A stretch of 63,896 bases of DNA, filler included, from an uncultured Myxococcia bacterium (GTDB taxonomy: Bacteria > CAZTWC01): NCBI GenBank assembly GCA_964617105.1. It is 4 parts of 4 records of this genome, joined end to end, with 100 filler letters (N's around TTAATTAATTAA, not from the genome) between each part and the next. Parts side by side here need not be neighbours in the genome. Positions count along the whole stretch, not along the records: positions 49,923 to 63,896 come from CAZTWC010000073.1; 3 more parts are not named here. One strand, 5' to 3'. The notes under the pieces are model-generated. The model was not told the origin of the DNA and did no database searches. It worked only from the letters and a program-made list of their open reading frames with translations. Of this stretch, positions 50,414-60,284 are shown piece by piece; position 1 is the first letter of the stretch; each line of letters starts with the position of its first letter. A program made the translations under genes and the position numbers.

Positions 50414-51280
50414 CTAAAAATATATAATCAAGTAATAGCCGATAATCCAGCCGATAATGCTGGACTGGATCCATTTGTCTTTGATCAGCACCTCGGTTGG
50501 AGAGCCGCTGTTTTGCGTGACCATAGTTATCTGCAGATACCTGATAATGCCGAAAATTACAAAAATTACGGTTAGATATATGTTGTCACTGCCAAATTTG
50601 GTGATGATTTCCGGAGTTACGCTGTACATCAGGTAAGAAACAATGGTTACTGAAGCCATAATCACCATAGAGGCGTTTAAAAATTCCAGGTTATAACCAT
50701 CCACCGACCGGCGGGTTTTCTTTTCTTTTTTAATATAGATCAGCACATCATCCCGCCGCTTGGCCAGGGCTAAAAACAGGGCCAGCAGAAAAGTCATCAT
50801 TACAATCCACATGGATAGTTCAATAGTGCAGATGATAGAACCAACAAAAAGCCTGATCACAAAGCCGATGGCGATAATAAACACGTCGATAATGGGCTGG
50901 TGCTTTAGTTTCAAACTGTAACTAATATTAAGTAATAGATAGGCGGCAATCAGCATTGCTGCCGAATAATTTAGAAGCACCGCTAATCCTAAACCAGCGG
51001 CAATTAGTAAAAAGGCCATGTACAGAGCGGTTGAGGTGGATACCCTGCCACTGGCCAGAGGGCGGTTTTTTTTGGTTGGATGCTGGCGGTCATCCTCCAG
51101 GTCACAATAGTCGTTAAAAATATAGATGGCGCTGGCAATAAAAGAGAAGGCTATAAAAATTAGCAAGGTTCTGGTTAAAAGGGTTGGTTCAAACAGTCGG
51201 GCAGCAAAAAAAGGGGGGGCGAAAATAAACAGGTTTTTCAAATAGTGATGTGGCCGAAGGAGCAGGAAGTAATGCTTCAT
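50414..51280 (-). CDS. UbiA-family polyprenyl-phosphate phosphoribosyltransferase-like protein
   Basis: LRPHHYLKN, YIFNDYCDLEDDRQHPTKKNRPLASG, YSLKLK, GFVIR, LAKRR, SPTEVL. Confidence 0.85.
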   Translation of the reverse strand: MKHYFLLLRPHHYLKNLFIFAPPFFAARLFEPTLLTRTLLIFIAFSFIASAIYIFNDYCDLEDDRQHPTKKNRPLASGRVSTSTALYMAFLLIAAGLGLAVLLNYSAAMLIAAYLLLNISYSLKLKHQPIIDVFIIAIGFVIRLFVGSIICTIELSMWIVMMTFLLALFLALAKRRDDVLIYIKKEKKTRRSVDGYNLEFLNASMVIMASVTIVSYLMYSVTPEIITKFGSDNIYLTVIFVIFGIIRYLQITMVTQNSGSPTEVLIKDKWIQSSIIGWIIGYYLIIYF

Positions 51281-51327
51281 TTTCTGATTGTATGAAATCA
51301 TTGTTTTTTTGTCAAAATAATTCAAAT

Positions 51328-53085
51328 TTACTTTCTTGCATATTCAAAGATCAGGTAACGGCCGAAATAGGGGTCTTGGAAAGTTTTAACCTTCTGGTAA
51401 TTTTTTTCGATATAGCGTTTAAACCCGGGCAGGTTATAAAATCCCCTTCTCTGTCCGGCAATAATAAATTTGGGCTGCTGTAGGGCTATTTTGTTCAAAC
51501 ACTGTTCCACCGTGGTAGTTTTTGAGCGAAAGCGCATGGAATTGGTGTCGGCGAAATCAGCACTGATTTTACGGTCAGATAATAGAGCCACCAGGGGAGC
51601 CGTAGTGGAGTCACCGAATATGGTTTGGTCAGGCAGGGAGTTGGTTTTTACATATTGGGCCATCTGGGGGGCAATAGTCAGATAACGGCTTTCGTGCCAG
51701 AGGTAGTAGTTGACGCCCAGGTAAAATTTGCTGATAGTGCGGCCCTGGGGCCAAAAGAGTTTTTTGAACACCTGGTTTAGATATCCCAGAGGAGGTGAAT
51801 TCTGCCAGTTATAATAACTGGTGGTGCCTTTTAGTCGTTTGAAATAACTAAGTTGCTGCTGAGAATAGTTACGCACCAGGGGTAGCATCGTCAAGATAAA
51901 CAACCAAAATGCTAAAAAAGCGACCCACCTGAGCCGGAACCTTTGAGGGCGGTTTTTTTCTCTTTTACCTTTATATGTTGTAATGCTTCTATATAGTTTT
52001 ACCCGTTCTTGCCCATAAAGCCAAATTGCCCAAAAACTGGAGGCAGCCAGTAAACTGAGAGCAGGAAAGGGAAGTAAATAATAGAAGTGGAAAGTTCTTT
52101 TTAAAGACCAGATAAACACCAGGTAGCCCAGAGCAAAAAGCCAGCAGGCCAAGATCAGGGCGTGAGAACGGTTTTGGCTCTTAAGTAACTTTTGTCTGAA
52201 AGCAGAAAGGCTTTTCAACCCGGCATTAAAATGCCTGGTATTCTTTTGGTTTTTAAAGGGCTGGGTTTTTGGGGTAGTGCGATCAGATGAGAACCAACCG
52301 GTTATCTTTAAAATAATTATTGGCAAGGTGAGGAGCAAGGCGTGGAAGAGCCAGGGGTTGTGAAATAGGACACTGTTGAACATCTTCAGGTTGGAGCCGC
52401 CTATACCAGGTTTGTTAAAGTGGTAGAGATAGACCGGTTCCAGGTATGAGTAGCCGAAAACTAAGATGAACACCAGGTTTGTTCCCAGTAGCATTCCGAA
52501 AAAGGCCAGGGTGGCCCTTTTACTTTTGGCCGGATCAGCTATGAAAAGCAGAGTTAAAGCCATCAAGGCTCCCGGCATAATATAGAAGCCGGTAAGGGCG
52601 CCGCAGGCCAGTAAAAGACCGCTGGTTATCTCCTGGCGGTGAATTACCAGCAGGTAGAGGGCCAATACCATAAAAAAGATGGCGATATTGATGCCGGTGC
52701 AGTGAGATGAGGCCCGGAGAAGATCATGGCTGCCAAAATAAAAGAGGGCGGTTAAAACGGCTGTACCTTCACCCCATATGCGCCTGGCCATAGAACTTAT
52801 TAGCAGTCCGCTGGAAAAGGCTGCCAGCAGAGGAATCGTCTTGGCCAGAATAAAACTATATCCGAAAATTTTAAAAAAGATGGCCAATACAAATAAATGA
52901 AAGGGAGGATGGGCAAAGAAAAAATGTTTATAGGGCAATACTCCCTGGGAAACCCTGTGGGCCAGGTAAAAATAGATGTTTTCATCAGAAACCGCGTAGC
53001 GCAGGCCGTAGGCTTTGAGAAGCAAAAACAGGAAGGCCAAAAGGAAAATTGTTCCCCGGCAGAATATGGGCCAATGTTTATTCAT
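51328..53085 (-). CDS. GT-C (ArnT/PMT-like) membrane glycosyltransferase
   Basis: SDENIY, GVLPYKHFFFAHPP, many TM helices, HFYYLL, C-terminal periplasmic domain. Confidence 0.75.
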   Translation of the reverse strand: MNKHWPIFCRGTIFLLAFLFLLLKAYGLRYAVSDENIYFYLAHRVSQGVLPYKHFFFAHPPFHLFVLAIFFKIFGYSFILAKTIPLLAAFSSGLLISSMARRIWGEGTAVLTALFYFGSHDLLRASSHCTGINIAIFFMVLALYLLVIHRQEITSGLLLACGALTGFYIMPGALMALTLLFIADPAKSKRATLAFFGMLLGTNLVFILVFGYSYLEPVYLYHFNKPGIGGSNLKMFNSVLFHNPWLFHALLLTLPIIILKITGWFSSDRTTPKTQPFKNQKNTRHFNAGLKSLSAFRQKLLKSQNRSHALILACWLFALGYLVFIWSLKRTFHFYYLLPFPALSLLAASSFWAIWLYGQERVKLYRSITTYKGKREKNRPQRFRLRWVAFLAFWLFILTMLPLVRNYSQQQLSYFKRLKGTTSYYNWQNSPPLGYLNQVFKKLFWPQGRTISKFYLGVNYYLWHESRYLTIAPQMAQYVKTNSLPDQTIFGDSTTAPLVALLSDRKISADFADTNSMRFRSKTTTVEQCLNKIALQQPKFIIAGQRRGFYNLPGFKRYIEKNYQKVKTFQDPYFGRYLIFEYARK

Positions 53086-53240
53086 TATCGTAGGAATGCT
53101 ATTTCATGAAAGTAAATTGTTTCAAAAATGTTGCTTGATTAAGAACCGCTACAGTATATCATAACAATAATAATGATTATTGAAAAAAATATACGTCACA
53201 TTTTCTTTGCCGTCTGAGTATATAGGGTAGGATATACAAT

Positions 53241-53810
53241 ATGGATGCAACCGTAATTCATACCATGCCGGAAATTAAAGATGGCAATATTACTGACGAA
53301 AAGTTGTTGGCTCAATATATTGAAGGTGACCAGAAGTCTATGACTATTTTGGTCAAGCGCTATGAAGAGCGGGCTTTTAGGGTGGCTTTTCGTTATTGTT
53401 GTAATAGAGAACTGGCTCTGGATGCAGTGCAGGAAGCGTTTATCCGGGTGCTTAAACACGGCCGAAAGTTTAAGCGGCGCAGAAAATTTTCCTCATGGTT
53501 TTTTACTATCCTTTTAAACCGGTTGAAAACTCTGTTGACCAGAGAAAAAAAGAGTACTAATCTCCTCCAATCGGTCGAGGCGATTCCAGCCCATGACAGA
53601 GGCCGGGAGGAAAGGAATCTGGAGCAGCAGATTGCCTTGAAAGAGGCTTTGAGCAGGTTGACCCGGGAGCAGCAGAAGGTGATAAGTTTACGTTTGGACG
53701 CGGACTTGTCTTATAGAGAAATAGGTAAAGTTTTATCCACCACACCCGAAGCGGCCAGAGCCCTGTATTACCGCGGGGTAAAAAAATTAAAACAAGAATT
53801 TCGTGGTTGA
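53241..53810 (+). CDS. ECF sigma factor
   Basis: DAVQEAFI, FSSWFFTI, LSYREIGKVL (regions 2 and 4). Confidence 0.9.
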   Translation: MDATVIHTMPEIKDGNITDEKLLAQYIEGDQKSMTILVKRYEERAFRVAFRYCCNRELALDAVQEAFIRVLKHGRKFKRRRKFSSWFFTILLNRLKTLLTREKKSTNLLQSVEAIPAHDRGREERNLEQQIALKEALSRLTREQQKVISLRLDADLSYREIGKVLSTTPEAARALYYRGVKKLKQEFRG

Positions 53811-53862
53811 GGGGTATTGGGAGGAAAACTCTTTAGGAGTTACAGTTTTTTACGAGGTTACC

Positions 53863-54363
53863 ATGGATGACCTGAAAGATATTGAACAGATTTACCGGCA
53901 GGCTGGAGCAACGCTATCGCTCTCTGAGAGGGCTAGCCTCCGGCGCAATATTACCGCTGCACTTAATCCATCTCGAAATTCATGGATTAGGCTTATGGCC
54001 CTGGCAGCCACTCTGGTTTTGATAGTGGCAACGGTCATTTTTTACCGGTATAGCAGCCTCCCGGACAAGATAGGCCAGGTAGCGGGAGGGATGGAGAACG
54101 TTTCTCTGGAGCTAAATGATGAAAATTACTATTTTGACCAGGTTTGGGGGCAGGATTTGAGTGATTGGGAAAATAGTTCCAGCCCCATTTCTCAAGAAAC
54201 GGTTCAGAAGGTAATTGCCTCCTTGATGGAGGGATTCGCTTCGTTGACATCTGATGAAGATACCTTTTTCGAATACCTGGAAGAACCTGAAGATATTGAA
54301 CCGGTGTTGTTAGCCTTGATTTTAGATGACACTAATAATCACAACCACTTAGTAAAGGAGTGA
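53863..54363 (+). CDS. Putative single-TM anti-sigma factor
   Basis: Follows the ECF gene; one TM (LMALAATLVLIVATVIFY) and an acidic periplasmic tail. Confidence 0.6.
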   Translation: MDDLKDIEQIYRQAGATLSLSERASLRRNITAALNPSRNSWIRLMALAATLVLIVATVIFYRYSSLPDKIGQVAGGMENVSLELNDENYYFDQVWGQDLSDWENSSSPISQETVQKVIASLMEGFASLTSDEDTFFEYLEEPEDIEPVLLALILDDTNNHNHLVKE

Positions 54364-54366
54364 AAG

Positions 54367-54969
54367 ATGAAGATTTATCAAAAACTCGCGGTAATTTGTC
54401 TGTTTATTTGGTTAGCCGGCCCGGTTTACGCCCAGATGGGTGGCCATGGTGGCGGAATGGGGGGAGATTGCCCGATGGCAGGAAAAATGCACGGCAAAGG
54501 GCATGGTCATCATAACAAAAAAATGTGGAAAGAACGGCACCAAATGATAAAAAAGGTCAGGGAAAAGATCCTCAATGAAAAATTGGGACTTAAGGGAGAA
54601 AAATTGGCTGCAGTGAAAAAAATATTCGCTCAAACCGATGAACAGTTCAAAACCGTTAAAAAAGAGAAACATAAGATTATAAAAACCTTGCACCAGATGG
54701 TCAAAGAGGGTAAAGCCGATGATAAACAAATAACCTCCCTGATCGATAAATTGCTGGCGTCCAAGAAAAAGATACACCAACTACAGCATGATCAGATTGT
54801 TAAAATTCGTCAGATTTTGTCACCCCAGGAACAGGCAAGATTTATTTTGAGTATCCCCCGTATCCACAAGTCCATTCACCGGAGGATGTTGATAAAACGC
54901 CAAAAAATGCTGAAAAGACATCTGAAAGAGGTTGATAGTCAGTTAGAGGCAGAGAAGGAACATAAATAG
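54367..54969 (+). CDS. Spy/CpxP/ZraP-like periplasmic protein
   Basis: Signal peptide, His/Met/Gly-rich N-terminus, helical body, ILSPQEQ (LTxxQ-like). Confidence 0.75.
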   Translation: MKIYQKLAVICLFIWLAGPVYAQMGGHGGGMGGDCPMAGKMHGKGHGHHNKKMWKERHQMIKKVREKILNEKLGLKGEKLAAVKKIFAQTDEQFKTVKKEKHKIIKTLHQMVKEGKADDKQITSLIDKLLASKKKIHQLQHDQIVKIRQILSPQEQARFILSIPRIHKSIHRRMLIKRQKMLKRHLKEVDSQLEAEKEHK

Positions 54970-55024
54970 TTGGCGGTTTACCGGTGAAGTAGTTTAGAAC
55001 CCCCCCCCTAAAAAAAATCTCAAA

Positions 55025-55053
55025 TTGACTATATTTGAATCTGATGATATACT
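55025..55053 (+). promoter_or_regulatory. Sigma70 promoter
   Basis: TTGACT-17-TATACT with extended -10 TG. Confidence 0.55.
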
Positions 55054-55113
55054 AAAACTTCCTATCTGAGATTTTTTAAGTATTAGACAATTTTTTAATA
55101 TTGGAGGGGGATT

Positions 55114-56280
55114 ATGAATCCAATTACCAAGACTAAATCTAAGTTGCTATTGCTGTTTACGGCTTTATTGGTTTTTTCTCTGCCGGGATTATGGGGTTGC
55201 GATGATGATGTGGAGTTGATAGAAGCCTTTATCCCCAAAGAGATGATCGACCAGTGGTACCAGACCGAGCAATCCATGATCGATGTGCTGTGGGTTATCG
55301 ATAATTCGGGCAGTATGATGGAGGAGCAGAACAAACTGGCCGCTAATTTCGATAAGTTTATCCACACCCTCACCAAAGCCAAGGTGGATTATCATGTAGG
55401 GGTTATAACCACTGATACTAACAGTAAGACTCAGGTGGGAATTCTTCAGGGTAATCCCCGGGTGATCAAAAAGAGTGACATGGGTGATGCGGCCGCTATC
55501 TCTGCTTTTGCCCAGAATGTCAAGGTAGGTGTTAAGGGTTCGGCCCAGGAAAAGGGGATGGAAGCCGCCAAATTGCTGTTGGAAAAAGAAAACATCAAAT
55601 GCCTTGACAATACCGGGAAAAATCCAGCCGGTTGTTTTTTGCGCCCCGAAGCTGCTCTATTCATTATCTTTGTTAGCGATGAGGATGATCAGTCTTTTGG
55701 AGAAATCGAGTGGTACTGGCGTTTTTTCAAACAGTTGAAGGTGCTTGGCAACGATAATCTGGTGATTATTTCCGCAGTGGTGGCTATCGATATCAGCAAG
55801 TGCAGGAAGGCTCAGGGCTCCACGGGCAACGAGGAGCAAGGCGATAGATATGTGAAATTGGCCGAGGTATCCAATTTTGAAGCCGCTGACCTGTGTGACG
55901 AAAACTATAACGCCACCCTGCAAAAATTGGGTTTTACCGCCAGTGGACTAAAGCGGCGGTTGCCTTTGACCCGCAAGCCCAAAATGGGTGAACCGGTAAT
56001 TGTGAACATAAAATATCGCTGTTCTCTGCGGGACACCATGGATATTATTGAGGGATATCATAACAAAAATATCAGGGCCCGGTGCCAGATACAGTGCGAT
56101 CCCACTAAGGACCCCAGGACAGAATATGGTATCTCCTGTCTAATCGACCAAAAGACGGGCAGTATCATTGATGGCTGGATTTATGAGAGTAAGCAAAACA
56201 CCATCTATTTTGACGGTGACGCTATACCCGGACCTGGCAGCATGGTAGAGGTCAAATACTTCACCCTGACAAACTATTGA
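55114..56280 (+). CDS. VWA-domain lipoprotein (CglB-like type)
   Basis: Lipobox LWGC, MIDAS DVLWVIDNSGSM, VGVITTD, FLRPEA, VSDEDD. Confidence 0.8.
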   Translation: MNPITKTKSKLLLLFTALLVFSLPGLWGCDDDVELIEAFIPKEMIDQWYQTEQSMIDVLWVIDNSGSMMEEQNKLAANFDKFIHTLTKAKVDYHVGVITTDTNSKTQVGILQGNPRVIKKSDMGDAAAISAFAQNVKVGVKGSAQEKGMEAAKLLLEKENIKCLDNTGKNPAGCFLRPEAALFIIFVSDEDDQSFGEIEWYWRFFKQLKVLGNDNLVIISAVVAIDISKCRKAQGSTGNEEQGDRYVKLAEVSNFEAADLCDENYNATLQKLGFTASGLKRRLPLTRKPKMGEPVIVNIKYRCSLRDTMDIIEGYHNKNIRARCQIQCDPTKDPRTEYGISCLIDQKTGSIIDGWIYESKQNTIYFDGDAIPGPGSMVEVKYFTLTNY

Positions 56281-56408
56281 GACGGAACTTCTTAATCTAA
56301 AGTCTAACGTAACTGGCAACTACCGACATATTATTACCGCGATTTAATAGCGAGGAAATAAAGATGAAATACAATGCAGATAGAGGATCACATTGCAGTA
56401 AAAAAGAG

Positions 56409-57290
56409 ATGGTTCGAAAAATAGCAACCGGATTGTTGATAATCGGCCTGACAATTTTATTTTTGGGCGGATGCGGCTCCGAAGAAGTTAGTTCCGGTTT
56501 TTGCGATGCCGACTCCGATTGCCCCTCTGGCATGACCTGTGACCGAGAGTTGCAGACCTGTAAATGTTATAGCGATGAAGCCTGCGCGGTGGGAGAGGTA
56601 TGCAACTTGCGAACCGGCCATTGTCAACTTCGTCCCAACTGTCACAGTAATTCTGATTGCAAGGAGCAGAATGCCATTTGCGACAGCAAAACCGGCGCCT
56701 GCATCCCCAGCAATGTATGCACTCAAGATATTCATTGCGAATTTGGCCAACAAGGCTCTTATTGCCAAATCGCTACGGGCAACAAGTCGGGAAAATGTAC
56801 CCCTGGCTGTACCGAAAGTTATCATTGTCCTCTGGGGCAAGGTCCTGGTTCGCGTTATGTTTGCTCCAACGGCCAATGTGCAGTGGGTTGCAAAGATAAC
56901 TCCTACTGCAGTTGGAAAAAAATCTGTAGTGTAAAATCCAAAACCTGTATGCAAAATCCCCGGCCCGACGATTACTGCAAGCCCTGCAACAGCCCGTTGC
57001 AGTGCACCTCTTTGGGTAGTGGGGCCGAATGTGTGTCGTTAGGTGGATTCGGGCAGACCTCTTGTGGTTTTCCCTGCAATCCGACCATGGGTAATAATGC
57101 CTGCCCGGGCGAGTTCTCTTGCCTTCCCATCCTCTATATTCCTTGTCCAATGCTGCAAGGCTGTCCGGCCGGGAGCAAGTGTGTGCCCCTGAGCCAGGGT
57201 TCCATGTATGACGTGTGTGTGGATAAAACGACCGGAGATCCGGTGATTAAGTCTAATAATTGTTTTCCATCAAATGGTATCTGCAAGTAG
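56409..57290 (+). CDS. Cys-rich repeat lipoprotein
   Basis: Lipobox LGGC followed by about 38 Cys in repeated four-Cys units. Confidence 0.8.
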   Translation: MVRKIATGLLIIGLTILFLGGCGSEEVSSGFCDADSDCPSGMTCDRELQTCKCYSDEACAVGEVCNLRTGHCQLRPNCHSNSDCKEQNAICDSKTGACIPSNVCTQDIHCEFGQQGSYCQIATGNKSGKCTPGCTESYHCPLGQGPGSRYVCSNGQCAVGCKDNSYCSWKKICSVKSKTCMQNPRPDDYCKPCNSPLQCTSLGSGAECVSLGGFGQTSCGFPCNPTMGNNACPGEFSCLPILYIPCPMLQGCPAGSKCVPLSQGSMYDVCVDKTTGDPVIKSNNCFPSNGICK

Positions 57291-57447
57291 TAAAATTCGG
57301 ATGCATCTTCATTAGCTTACATTGCAGGTCATCCCTTTTGGGATGTTGCAATTCATTGCTGGCAGTACGCTCGATAGCCTTAAATTTTGGAACGTTAATA
57401 TCGTTAAAAAGAGTTTTGGTTTCTTTGCATTGAAATGATTTTATCAT
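57253..57447 (-). pseudogene. higB: Truncated HigB-like toxin with no antitoxin
   Basis: MIKSFQCKETKTLF..VPKFKAIERTA is a HigB N-terminus; similarity ends after ~29 aa and no higA follows. Confidence 0.65.
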
Positions 57448-57488
57448 ATTACAATACTATTACGTAATGCGTAATAGTATTGTAATAT
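57446..57488. repeat. Perfect 19-bp inverted repeat with 5-nt loop
   Basis: ATATTACAATACTATTACG-TAATG-CGTAATAGTATTGTAATAT. Confidence 0.95.
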
Positions 57489-57548
57489 TGTCAAAGGTGG
57501 AGGAGATGAGTAGCAGGATTAGTTCAAAAGTAGAGGGCTGGAAGAGAA

Positions 57549-58115
57549 CTACATGAGTTGCTCTAAGAGTTTTGCTTTTCTACTCTTCATTTTTATTAAA
57601 ACTTCCACCCCATCTTCACCTTTTTGATTATCGATGGCTTCGATCACCTGCTCGATATCGGAAATATCCTCCCGGTCTTTATCTCTAAGGCTGTTCAGCA
57701 TGGAGTTGAAAATGTCGAAGAAATCTTTTAACTCATCATGTTTTCTTAAGGGTCTAACATCGGGGTATTGACCGCGGGCAATAGAATTTAGGTGGCGACT
57801 TATCACCAAGAGAGGACCGGCTATCCGGTGAGTAACGAGAACGCCGTAGATGGTGAGGGCTACCCCCATGGCAATAATAAAGGCCACAATATAATACAGT
57901 ACTCTGGTATCATATTTTGCCACTTCGGCAGCCATTACCTGTCCTATATTGAGGAGTTCAGTGTTTTCCACATGGGCTCTATAGAGGAAGAATCCCAGGA
58001 TAATGGATATTCCCATTCCTACTCCCACGATAAGGGCGGTGTATTTTAACTGGAAGTCTCTATCCACTACATAAATACGGCGCCTGATCTTTTGATCGTT
58101 ATTGTTGTCATCCAT
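57549..58115 (-). CDS. Two-TM HAMP-domain membrane protein
   Basis: RRIYVVDRDFQLKY, two TMs, THRIAGPL, LRKHDELKDF. Confidence 0.75.
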   Translation of the reverse strand: MDDNNNDQKIRRRIYVVDRDFQLKYTALIVGVGMGISIILGFFLYRAHVENTELLNIGQVMAAEVAKYDTRVLYYIVAFIIAMGVALTIYGVLVTHRIAGPLLVISRHLNSIARGQYPDVRPLRKHDELKDFFDIFNSMLNSLRDKDREDISDIEQVIEAIDNQKGEDGVEVLIKMKSRKAKLLEQLM

Positions 58116-58332
58116 GGAAACTTTACCCCCAAGTTGAATTGCCTGATAAAGGCTATGAAATAAAAGAACTTCATCTAAAAAAATTTTAAAAAGGATAAAA
58201 TATTACCACTATTTTTGCAAGCAAAAAATAACCGGTGAGTTTTTAGGTAACTTATGGTAGAAATATATCAGTAGTAATGGTTATTTTTAGATTCCAGTAA
58301 AATTTTTTCTCAGATATTTCAGGAGATGGCTT

Positions 58333-59154
58333 ATGATTAAGAAGATTATAATAGTCAAGTGCTTGTTGGTATTGATATTGATTGTCTGGAGTTGCGCTTC
58401 GACACAAAAAGGGAAACCCCAGGTCATTGGCCAGACAAATCAAAAATTACCGCCCAATGTAATAATTGATAGTCATAAAATTGATAAAATGGTTTCTATA
58501 TCTTCTTTTCAACAGGAAAAAGTAGTGAAACACCAGGTTAGCGCAGATTTACGGTTCAATAAAAAGTTTGTCGGCGGTATAAGCCTGATGGTTTCCACTA
58601 CTGGAAAATTGGTCGATGGCACTTCTAAGCATGTGAATATCCGTTTTGACCTGGAAGATATCATTGAAGGGCAGCGTATACCTTTTACTCACAACTTTGG
58701 TAAAGAATTTATCAGTATTCAAGGGGTTCAGATTCCCAAAGTCACAGAATTGATCAAATCCTATATTCCTGCCGAGGAATATGCCCAGTTTATTAAAACT
58801 GGTAATTTTCAGGAGTTGGATAAAAAAGAAAAAATTGCCGACCAGGAGTTTAAACAAAAAGGGAGTATTCTGGAACCGGGCAATATAACGGTGGAGAACT
58901 TTTCCTCCCAAAAAATAGCCTATAACCTGGCTGCCTTTGACCTGGTCACCCAAAAAGATTTCACTAGCGATACGGTTTTGACTTTTACTCTGTATAACCA
59001 GAAGGGGGGTATAGTCTATCTATCAGTATGGCAGAAGTTTGGGGGCTTGAAACCGGGACAGACCGAAAAAATAGTAATTAATGACTTGAACGAGGGTGGC
59101 AACACTCAATTGAAAGATGCTACGGTAGTTAAATTAACTAAAATCGAGCTGTAG
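58333..59154 (+). CDS. Hypothetical lipoprotein
   Basis: 273-aa ORF with RBS and lipobox-like IVWSC. Confidence 0.6.
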   Translation: MIKKIIIVKCLLVLILIVWSCASTQKGKPQVIGQTNQKLPPNVIIDSHKIDKMVSISSFQQEKVVKHQVSADLRFNKKFVGGISLMVSTTGKLVDGTSKHVNIRFDLEDIIEGQRIPFTHNFGKEFISIQGVQIPKVTELIKSYIPAEEYAQFIKTGNFQELDKKEKIADQEFKQKGSILEPGNITVENFSSQKIAYNLAAFDLVTQKDFTSDTVLTFTLYNQKGGIVYLSVWQKFGGLKPGQTEKIVINDLNEGGNTQLKDATVVKLTKIEL

Positions 59155-59168
59155 TAGTACAACCTATT

Positions 59169-60284
59169 TTAAGCTATTTTGGTCAACTCTTTTAATTTGT
59201 CTAAGAAACTTTTCCGGACCGGATGGGCATCAGGTTTTGATATTTCCTCAAATTTATTTAACAATCGTTTCTGTTCCCGGTTGAGGTTGGTGGGTGTTTC
59301 AATTACTACTTTCACCAGTTGATCTCCGCGTTTGTCCTGCTTTCCTCTTCCTTTTCCTACTCCTTTTCCTTGCAATCGCAGGGTTGTACCACTTTGGATA
59401 CCAGGTTTGACGGTAATTTTTACTTTGCCGTCAACAGTTGGAACTTCTATTTTATTACCCAGGGCTGCCGAGGCAAAAGAGATGGGCACTTCACAGAATA
59501 TATCCTTTTCTTTTCTGGTGAAAAAGGGATGTTCTTGCACCGTTACATCTATAAAAAGATCGCCGGCTTCGCCCCCTTTTTTTCCAGTTCCGCCCTCTCC
59601 ATTAATTTTCAACCTGGCGGCATCTTTTACCCCATCAGGGATTTTGACGGTGATATACCGGGCGCCGGGTATTTTTCCTTTTCCCTGGCATTTGGGGCAA
59701 GGATCGATAATTAATGTCCCCTGTCCCTGGCAATCAGGGCATTTTCTGGGAACATTGAAAAATCCTTGCTGCACTTGAACTTGGCCGCTGCCTCCGCAGG
59801 TTTTACATTGATTTTTGCTTTTTTTGGTCCTGGCACCGCTGCCTCCACATTGGGAGCATTTAATCTCTGCCTTGAGGGATATCTCTTTTTCGCAACCGTT
59901 TATAGCCTCTTCAAAAGAGAGGTTGACCTGGCATTTCAGATCTGCCCCTTTAACGCCGCCTCTTTTTTTAGAACTGGAAAAATAATCTCCGAAGATCTCT
60001 TTAAAGAGACTGTCATGATCAATATCTTCCTCAGGTTCAGGCTCTGATTTACCATTTTTTGATTGCCAATTGGCGCCATAAAGATCGTATTTTTTTCTCT
60101 TTTGGCTGTCTTTCAACACCTGGTAGGCTTCGCATATTTGTTTGAATTTTTCTTCTGCCCGGGGATTATCGGGATTTTTATCTGGATGGTATTGTAGCGC
60201 TAGTCTTTTAAATGCACTCTTGATCTCTTTTTCAGGTGCATTGCGGTTGACACCTAAAGCAGCATAGTAATTTTTACTGGCCAT
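59169..60284 (-). CDS. dnaJ: Chaperone DnaJ
   Basis: HPD J-domain, four CxxCxGxG repeats, C-terminal domain. Confidence 0.95.
   Translation of the reverse strand: MASKNYYAALGVNRNAPEKEIKSAFKRLALQYHPDKNPDNPRAEEKFKQICEAYQVLKDSQKRKKYDLYGANWQSKNGKSEPEPEEDIDHDSLFKEIFGDYFSSSKKRGGVKGADLKCQVNLSFEEAINGCEKEISLKAEIKCSQCGGSGARTKKSKNQCKTCGGSGQVQVQQGFFNVPRKCPDCQGQGTLIIDPCPKCQGKGKIPGARYITVKIPDGVKDAARLKINGEGGTGKKGGEAGDLFIDVTVQEHPFFTRKEKDIFCEVPISFASAALGNKIEVPTVDGKVKITVKPGIQSGTTLRLQGKGVGKGRGKQDKRGDQLVKVVIETPTNLNREQKRLLNKFEEISKPDAHPVRKSFLDKLKELTKIA

Noticed and set aside
53195-53225. Possible ECF autoregulatory promoter (GTCACA...)
   Set aside because: The -10 element and spacing are ambiguous.
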